This document shows, piece by piece, positions 57,514 through 64,000 of a stretch of DNA of 64,000 nucleotides. This stretch comes from Nitrospira sp. (GTDB taxonomy: Bacteria > Nitrospirota > Nitrospiria > Nitrospirales > Nitrospiraceae). The position numbers and the translations under genes were made by a program. The stretch spans positions 10,848-74,847 of the forward strand of contig JAHBWU010000005.1 of NCBI GenBank assembly GCA_019636835.1. Reading direction: 5' to 3'. The notes under the pieces are model-generated. The model saw only the letters and a list, made by a program, of their open reading frames with translations. It made no database searches and was not told the DNA's origin. How positions within the stretch are numbered: the stretch's first letter is position 1; each line of letters starts with the position of its first letter.

Positions 57514-60147
57514 CTACCGCCTGAGGGTGGTTTCAACCAGGCCAAAAACCTTTTCCAGCGCGGCGTCGAGCTTGGCCGGATCCTTCCCCCCGGCCTGGGC
57601 CATTTCCGGCCGACCCCCTCCGGTTCCACCCACCTCGGCCGCCATGACTTTAATGAGATCCCCGGCTTTGAGCATGCCGGTCAAGTCTTTTGTCACCACG
57701 ACCAGTAGTGAAACCTTGCCGTCGTCGGTCGCCGAACCCAGTGCGATGACGCCGCTCTTCAGCTTATCCCGGAGCTGATCCGCCAGCGCCCGCATGCCGT
57801 TCACATCCAGGCCATCCGTCCGCTGCGTGTGCACCGCCACCCCGACAACTGTCCGAGCGGTCGAGGCAACCGAGGCGCCGCTGGCCATTTTCAATTTCAA
57901 CTCTTCCAGCTCCCGCTCCTTGTCCTTGAGCTGCGTCATCAGTTTGCGGGTCTTGGCCACCAACTCGGACCGGCCCGCCTTCAACAGATCCGACAACTCG
58001 CGGACATCGGCTTCAAGCTTCTTCATGAGCCCGTACGCGCCGCTGCCGGACTGAGCTTCGATCCGACGCACACCGGCCGCCACCCCCCCTTCCGAAATGA
58101 TGCGGAAGAGCCCGATATCACCCGTCTGCCGGCAATGGGTGCCGCCGCACAGTTCTTTGCTGAACGATTCGACGCTCACGACACGCACCTGTTCGCCGTA
58201 CTTGTCGCCGAAAAACGCCAGGGCGCCGTTCGCCACGGCGTCCTGAATGCTCATCACTTCGGTGCGCACGGTCTCGTTCTTGCGGATTTCTTCATTCACC
58301 GTCGATTCGATATCGTCGATGTCGCGGGACGAAAGCGGTCGAAAATGAGCAAAGTCAAACCGAAGGCGGTTGGGTCCGACCAACGATCCATACTGCTTCA
58401 CATGCGGTCCGAGTAAGTCACGCAGGGCCGCATGGACGAGATGCGTCGCCGTATGATTGCGCGCGGCGTCCCGGCGCATGGAGACATTCACTGTCATATG
58501 CAGGTGTTCGCCTTCTTGGATTCGCCCCTTGCGGACAGTTCCCTTGTGCAAAATAACTGTCGGCGCGGGCCTCATCGTCTCCTTGATATCGACCACTCCT
58601 TCAGGCCCCGTCAAGGTTCCCTGATCTCCGACCTGACCACCGCCTTCAGCATAGAAGGGCGTGACATCCATCGCCAGCTCGACAGTCTCTCCTTCTACCG
58701 CTTCCTTCGCTAGTCGCTCGCCTTTCAGAATTGCCAGCAAGACGCCGTCGCTTTCCAAATGCTCATAGCCGACGAATGTCGTAGCGCCGATCCGTTTGGC
58801 CAGCTCCGCAACGGCCGGTCTGGATGTTTCCTGTTCAAATCCGCCGGTCCTGCGCGCGCGAGTCCGCTGCTCTTCGATCGCCGCATTGAAACCAGGTTCG
58901 TCGACCGTCATGCCCTGTTCCCGGCAGGCCTCCGTGATCAAGTCCATGGGGAAGCCGTAGGTGTCATAGAGTTTGAAGACGTCGTCTCCCATCAAGACAG
59001 TTTGGCTTGCCGTCTTCGCCCGATCGATCATCTCGTTCAAAATCGGTAAACCTTGGTCGAGCGTCGCGATGAACCGCTCCTCTTCGCCTTTCGTCGCTTC
59101 GGCAATCGTGCCGGATGCCGCACGCACTTCCGAATAGGCGACGGCCATCTGCTCCACGACCGTTGCACTGAGTTCGTGCAGGAAGGGCTCGACTATGCCG
59201 AGCAGCCGGCCATGTCGGGCCGCGCGGCGCAGAATCCGCCTCAACACATACCCCCGTCCCTCGTTCGACGGCAGCACCCCATCCGTCATTAAAAACGTGA
59301 TGGCGCGTAGATGGTCGGCAATCACCCGCATCGAACGGTCCGAGGATTCCTTCTTGCCGTACTCGGTGCCGGCCCGTCCGGCGATGGCCGCAAGCAGCGG
59401 CGTGAAGAGATCGCTGTCATAATTGCTGTAGACCCCCTGGGCTACGGCAGCCAGCCGCTCGAGTCCCATCCCGGTGTCGATGCTCGGCCTTGGCAGGGGA
59501 TGGAGCGTTCCGGAGGCATCTCGATTGTACTGCATGAAGACGAGATTCCAGATCTCGATGACTCGATCGCCGTCACCGTTCGGCCGGTCTTCGCCGGGTA
59601 CGGACGGACCTTGGTCGAAGTGAATTTCCGAGCAGGGGCCGCAGGGACCGGTGTCCGCCATCTGCCAGAAGTTGTCCTTTTCGTCGCACCGGACGATACG
59701 CGACGGCATGACACCGATTTTCTTCCACAACTTCTCAGCTTCGTCGTCCTCGCGAAAGATCGTCACCCACATCCGGTCTTTCTGCAGTCCGACCGTCTGT
59801 GTCAGAAATTCCCATCCGAATCTGACGGCATCGTCCTTGAAGTAATCGCCGAACGAAAAGTTGCCGAGCATCTCGAAGAACGTGTGGTGTCGCCTGGTGT
59901 ACCCCACGTTTTCAAGATCGTTGTGTTTCCCGCCGGCGCGAAGACACTTTTGCACGGATACAGCTCTCTTGTAGGGGCGGAGTTCTTCTCCGAGGAAGAC
60001 CCGCTTGAATTGATTCATACCGGCGTTGGTAAAGAGCAGGGTCGGGTCCGCCTGGGGAATCAAGGCTGAGCTGGGCACGGCCTGATGGCCGTGTTTCTCG
60101 AAATAACGGATAAAGGCCCGTCGCAGATCAGTCGCGCTATTCTTCAT
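57514..60147 (-). CDS. alaS: Alanine--tRNA ligase
   Basis: DPTLLFTNAGMNQFK, HHTFFEMLGNFSFGDYFK, HTATH, ELCGGTH and GGGR..MAQAGG motifs. Confidence 0.99.
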   Translation of the reverse strand: MKNSATDLRRAFIRYFEKHGHQAVPSSALIPQADPTLLFTNAGMNQFKRVFLGEELRPYKRAVSVQKCLRAGGKHNDLENVGYTRRHHTFFEMLGNFSFGDYFKDDAVRFGWEFLTQTVGLQKDRMWVTIFREDDEAEKLWKKIGVMPSRIVRCDEKDNFWQMADTGPCGPCSEIHFDQGPSVPGEDRPNGDGDRVIEIWNLVFMQYNRDASGTLHPLPRPSIDTGMGLERLAAVAQGVYSNYDSDLFTPLLAAIAGRAGTEYGKKESSDRSMRVIADHLRAITFLMTDGVLPSNEGRGYVLRRILRRAARHGRLLGIVEPFLHELSATVVEQMAVAYSEVRAASGTIAEATKGEEERFIATLDQGLPILNEMIDRAKTASQTVLMGDDVFKLYDTYGFPMDLITEACREQGMTVDEPGFNAAIEEQRTRARRTGGFEQETSRPAVAELAKRIGATTFVGYEHLESDGVLLAILKGERLAKEAVEGETVELAMDVTPFYAEGGGQVGDQGTLTGPEGVVDIKETMRPAPTVILHKGTVRKGRIQEGEHLHMTVNVSMRRDAARNHTATHLVHAALRDLLGPHVKQYGSLVGPNRLRFDFAHFRPLSSRDIDDIESTVNEEIRKNETVRTEVMSIQDAVANGALAFFGDKYGEQVRVVSVESFSKELCGGTHCRQTGDIGLFRIISEGGVAAGVRRIEAQSGSGAYGLMKKLEADVRELSDLLKAGRSELVAKTRKLMTQLKDKERELEELKLKMASGASVASTARTVVGVAVHTQRTDGLDVNGMRALADQLRDKLKSGVIALGSATDDGKVSLLVVVTKDLTGMLKAGDLIKVMAAEVGGTGGGRPEMAQAGGKDPAKLDAALEKVFGLVETTLRR

Positions 60148-60634
60148 ACACAGGTTCCTCGTTGATCCTGGACTGCCCTATCATACGATCAATCGTCTCC
60201 TCACTGAAACCCCGCTGACGGAGAAGACGCATCGTTTGAGAGCGAGTCAACCGACGTCCATGACGTTGTGCGGTCTGCAGGGCTCGGTGAGCCACAGCCT
60301 CTTCGTCCGCTTCACGAAACGCATCGGCGATCACCCGATCCGCCAGAGTTTCGGCTATCCCCTTGGCTTGTAGTTCAGCCTTGAGTCGTTCGCGCCCCAT
60401 CGGACGTGAAGCCAGCCGATTGCCGATCCATCGCTGCGCATAGGCGTGATCGTTGAGATAGCTGAGGTCGGACAAACGCCGAACTATTTGCCGTACCTGA
60501 AGGGGCGAAGCGCCCTTGGATAAGAGATACCGTTCGACTTGAACGACGGTCCGATCTCGACGCGCGAGAAACCGTACCCCGAGAGGCATCCAATCTTCGC
60601 GGGAAGATCGGCTGCTTCGCTTCGGCGCTTTCAC
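60137..60634 (-). CDS. recX: Regulatory protein RecX
   Basis: LARRDR, YLND..YA, ELQAKGI and L.QRGFS motifs; directly downstream of recA. Confidence 0.88.
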   Translation of the reverse strand: MKAPKRSSRSSREDWMPLGVRFLARRDRTVVQVERYLLSKGASPLQVRQIVRRLSDLSYLNDHAYAQRWIGNRLASRPMGRERLKAELQAKGIAETLADRVIADAFREADEEAVAHRALQTAQRHGRRLTRSQTMRLLRQRGFSEETIDRMIGQSRINEEPVYEE

Positions 60635-60643
60635 CGCGTGCCG

Positions 60644-61717
60644 CTATCGATGCGCTCGTTTTTCCTCACTTCGTGAAACAGGCTTTTCCTCTTTGGTCTC
60701 AGTTTTTTTCTCACCACGAGCCGGAACGCCGGCCGCCTCTCGAAGTTTCGCTTCGACCTCGCGGGCTGCGGATCCATTATTCTTGAGAAAATCTCGGGCA
60801 GCATCCCGCCCCTGGCCGATCCGTTCTCCCTTGTAGGAATACCAGGCGCCCGATTTTTCGATGATTTTCTTGTCGACGCCCATATCCACGAGTTCGCCGG
60901 TCTTGGAAATGCCCTCGGCAAACATAATGTCGAACTCCGCCTGCCGGAACGGCGGCGCCATCTTGTTCTTCACGACCTTCACGCGGACACGACTCCCCAT
61001 CACCTCCTGACCTTCTTTGATCGATTCGATACGGCGGATGTCCAGCCGGACGGACGAATAGAACTTAAGCGCATTCCCTCCGGTCGTGGTCTCTGGATTT
61101 CCAAACATCACGCCGAGTTTCATGCGGATTTGATTGATGAAGATCACCGTCGTCAGAGACTTTGCAATAGCGGCGGTCAGCTTTCTCAGTGCCTGCGACA
61201 TGAGCCTCGCTTGAAGGCCCATGTGGGCATCGCCCATTTCGCCCTCGATCTCGGCGCGAGGGGTTAAGGCTGCGACTGAATCGACCACGATCAAATCAAT
61301 GGCGCCGCTTCGCACCAACGTCTCCGCGATCTCCAACGCCTGTTCACCCGTGTCCGGCTGAGACACCAGCAGGTCATCGGCCTGCACTCCAAGCTTCTTG
61401 GCATAGGTCAAATCGAGCGCATGTTCCGCATCGATAAAGGCGGCCACTCCGCCCGCCTTCTGCACCTCAGCGATACAATGCAGAGTCATGGTGGTCTTGC
61501 CGGACGCCTCCGGCCCAAAGATCTCGATCACTCGTCCACGGGGAAGTCCTCCGACACCGAGGGCGATGTCGAGGCCCAAGGACCCGGTGGAAATGGCCGG
61601 CACATCCGCGTGCTTGTCCTCAGCCCCCAGCTTCATGATCGCGCCCTTGCCGTACTGTTTCTCGATCTGAGAAAGGGCTAAATCGAGCGCACGCTTCTTG
61701 TCGTCTTTTTCGGACAT
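60644..61717 (-). CDS. recA: Recombinase RecA
   Basis: [23 protein letters not shown] and GGNALKFY motifs. Confidence 0.99.
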   Translation of the reverse strand: MSEKDDKKRALDLALSQIEKQYGKGAIMKLGAEDKHADVPAISTGSLGLDIALGVGGLPRGRVIEIFGPEASGKTTMTLHCIAEVQKAGGVAAFIDAEHALDLTYAKKLGVQADDLLVSQPDTGEQALEIAETLVRSGAIDLIVVDSVAALTPRAEIEGEMGDAHMGLQARLMSQALRKLTAAIAKSLTTVIFINQIRMKLGVMFGNPETTTGGNALKFYSSVRLDIRRIESIKEGQEVMGSRVRVKVVKNKMAPPFRQAEFDIMFAEGISKTGELVDMGVDKKIIEKSGAWYSYKGERIGQGRDAARDFLKNNGSAAREVEAKLREAAGVPARGEKKTETKEEKPVSRSEEKRAHR

Positions 61718-62008
61718 ACGAATCTCCTACAAGATGAAAGGAATGAATCCGACCGATTATACCCAAGCAGGAAGGGGAAAACCTAGTCTGATCTCAGATA
61801 TGGAAACGCTCACCGCTCTGAAACCACACGCCGTTCAAGTTCTTATCAGAAAAGCAGCCTGGCCTTACTTGTCTGCCACATCAAGCGCCGACCTTGCGTG
61901 GAATACCTGTATTCGGTAGGATGACACAGACAACAGAGCCGTCGATCTCGGCACGATCTCGCGTCGGCCGGTCGAATCGCTCAAGGCAGACCGAGAGAGT
62001 CGCCACGC

Positions 62009-62986
62009 ATGCCCGATCCAATAGACCAGGCTCCTCCTGCCGGTCCTCGATGGAAACCTCCATTTTGGGCGCTGGTCGGACTCGGTACCCTTCTCTTCCT
62101 GAGCCTGATCGTCCTTGCCAACGTACTGGATATCGGTGAACGCCTCAGCCGCCTCCATCCCGCTCTGGAATACGCATTCTACGCGCTTGTCCTCTGCGCC
62201 ATCTATGGCCTGCTTATCAGGCCGGTGCTCTCCGTCATCAGCATGACCACGCACCCGCTTCAGCGCATGCTCGTATCTGATGCCAGCATCACCCAGAAGG
62301 AATACAAGGCTGTGGCCAAGCGCTTCCTCCAAAGCGGCGGCCTGTCGGAAGAGGTTACGACACGGTTGACAGAGTCGCTGTGGTCCGGGGTTGGGTTGGA
62401 GCAGGAGGTGAAAGCTGCGCTCGACGAGAAACGCGTGCGCTCAGGCCAGATCGTGAAGGACCATGCACGGTTGGCGTTCCTCAGCACGGCCGTCATCCAA
62501 AACGGCAGCTTAGATGCACTGATGCTGGCCTATGCCAACCTTAAACTCGTGCGGGCCCTCGTCATCCACTTCGGCTATCGACCGTCATTGCCCGCGCTAT
62601 TGACGATGTATGGACAAATCCTCGCCGCAGCGTTGATCGCCGAACGGGTTGAGGACATGCAACTGCAGGACGTGTTTCCGCCCTTGAGCGCCTCGGTCGG
62701 CGGCGGCGTCATGTCCGCCATCCCCGGCATGCATTTGATTATCCATGCGCTGTTGCAGGGGATGGGCAGCGCGTTCTTGACGTTACGAACCGGCTATCTC
62801 ACCGAAGAGTATATTCTCCGCGGGGCGCAGGCCTTCGACCGCCGGCGGGAACGCCAATCCGCCAATCGCCGCGCAGCGAAAGAATTGCTCGGCGTCGTTC
62901 TGGCCACCGCCGCTCAACTCCCCGCCTCCATGCGCACGTTCTTGAAAGCCGTTAATCTTTTCCGCGAACCAGCCCATCAGGCATAG
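62009..62986 (+). CDS. YcjF/DUF697-family membrane protein
   Basis: Two N-terminal TM helices; TAVIQNGSLD, HFGYRP and QGMG.AFLTLRTG motifs. Confidence 0.75.
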   Translation: MPDPIDQAPPAGPRWKPPFWALVGLGTLLFLSLIVLANVLDIGERLSRLHPALEYAFYALVLCAIYGLLIRPVLSVISMTTHPLQRMLVSDASITQKEYKAVAKRFLQSGGLSEEVTTRLTESLWSGVGLEQEVKAALDEKRVRSGQIVKDHARLAFLSTAVIQNGSLDALMLAYANLKLVRALVIHFGYRPSLPALLTMYGQILAAALIAERVEDMQLQDVFPPLSASVGGGVMSAIPGMHLIIHALLQGMGSAFLTLRTGYLTEEYILRGAQAFDRRRERQSANRRAAKELLGVVLATAAQLPASMRTFLKAVNLFREPAHQA

Positions 62987-63241
62987 TCGGGAAAGTGGGG
63001 TCGGAGCTTGTATCGCGCATAGTGCGGCTCGCACCATTGTCGCCAATCCCGAATGTGGAGAACCCCTCAAGTATGAACTCGACGGGTTACGAAAGTATCG
63101 CGTTCGCCGCTTTCGAGTCGTCTATACCGCTCATCAAAAAACACGCATCATTCGCCTGATGGCCGTTGGTCACCGTCAGTCTGTGTATGAGGAACTGACC
63201 GAGCGGCTTCGCCGAAAAGCCCAAGAATAGCCATTCGTCAG

Positions 63242-63269
63242 TTGACTCCCCCACCATCCCGCTTATAAG
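63242..63269 (+). promoter_or_regulatory. Putative sigma70 promoter of the ankyrin gene
   Basis: TTGACT-N16-TATAAG. Confidence 0.45.
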
Positions 63270-63314
63270 TTCTCACTCACGATTCACTTGTAACGCACGG
63301 AGGTGACGTCGATC

Positions 63315-63848
63315 ATGTCACTGTCAGGACCAGGCATTTGTACACTCGCGCTTGTTCTTGTGAGCGGCTGTGCGACTGCGCCTGAGGAGAAGCTACGACT
63401 GGCCGCAGCGGAGGGGAATCTTCTCCGAGTGGAGACATTCCTTGGGCAGGGCGTCAACGCACAGGCGGCTGATGAGCGTGGGATGACGCCGCTCTACCTG
63501 GCGGCAAAGAATGGGCATCGAGACGTGGTGGCTCTTCTGCTGGAACAGGGAGCAGCAGTGAATCCTGCAAGACAGGACGGCGTCACGCCGCTCTTCATCG
63601 CGGCACAAGAAGGGCAGCGGGATGTGGTGACGCTCCTCTTAGAGAAAGGAGCGGATGTGAACGCCCAAGCGCGAATAGGTGGAGTGACACTGTTGCATGT
63701 CGGGGCGTATCGAGGCGATCAAGCGATCATCACCCTGCTGCTGCAGCACGGAGCGGATAAGAATGCCAGAATGTCATCGGGCGAACGTCCGGTGGATTTG
63801 GCCCATAAGCAAGGCCACCAGGCGCTGATTCCGCTCCTCGAACCATGA
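63315..63848 (+). CDS. Ankyrin-repeat lipoprotein
   Basis: GGAGGTG RBS; lipobox VSGC; 4-5 repeats of the G.TPL..AA..G...VV.LLL..GA type. Confidence 0.9.
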   Translation: MSLSGPGICTLALVLVSGCATAPEEKLRLAAAEGNLLRVETFLGQGVNAQAADERGMTPLYLAAKNGHRDVVALLLEQGAAVNPARQDGVTPLFIAAQEGQRDVVTLLLEKGADVNAQARIGGVTLLHVGAYRGDQAIITLLLQHGADKNARMSSGERPVDLAHKQGHQALIPLLEP

Positions 63849-64000
63849 CGTGCGCGGTGTAGATAAATTCGGGAGCCGGTGTGCGTGATTCATGTTACAT
63901 CATCGCTGCAGTTACCACCCGTTCTCACTTCCCACAACTTTGTGTACACGTATCCTGTCGGTCGCAGTTCACTTTTCATCAGCACGATCGATTCCACCGC

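Noticed and set aside
57527-60069. Multiple plus-strand ORFs opposite alaS, and similar shadow ORFs throughout the window
   Set aside because: They lie fully antisense to confidently identified genes in GC-rich coding DNA and show no motifs.
61718-62008. LexA/SOS box upstream of recA
   Set aside because: I could not find a palindrome or direct repeat matching a LexA motif I know. The lineage-specific motif cannot be derived from one site.

Overview
A mostly housekeeping bacterial chromosomal segment, probably from a Nitrospira-like organism. That assignment is inferred from the gene set and the style of the intergenic repeats and was not confirmed by any search. Left to right it holds: a partial DHH/CBS tRNA nucleotidyltransferase; an 'rSAM/selenodomain/arsenosugar-like' cluster variant (TVP38/DedA, MerA/Lpd-like flavoprotein, DUF3047, radical SAM, DUF547, a frameshifted ferritin-like diiron protein, GT2); ydbH-ynbE-ydbL; GH63 plus a glycogen debranching enzyme; coaE, trxB, thiI and tRNA-Ser(CGA), followed by a tRNA-derived inverted/direct repeat element; a DUF2779 nuclease; MATE; SulP-carbonic anhydrase plus a free beta-CA, preceded by a candidate FRPP arrest-peptide leader; a panE fusion, cobB and a HAD hydrolase; a RomR-like regulator, valS-nadC-birA, a MITE and coaX; grpE-dnaK-dnaJ-rsmE; a small accessory patch; a secreted Cys-Cys TIG-repeat protein with a YCF48-like propeller; a hybrid kinase; and recA-recX-alaS-ruvX-mltG-deoC-deoB-ridA. 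The best candidates for undescribed biology are the leader peptide with alternative RNA helices upstream of the bicarbonate/CA operon, the radical SAM/diiron/GT2 cluster, the tRNA-derived element and the vicinal-cysteine TIG protein. All family assignments come from motif recognition by eye.
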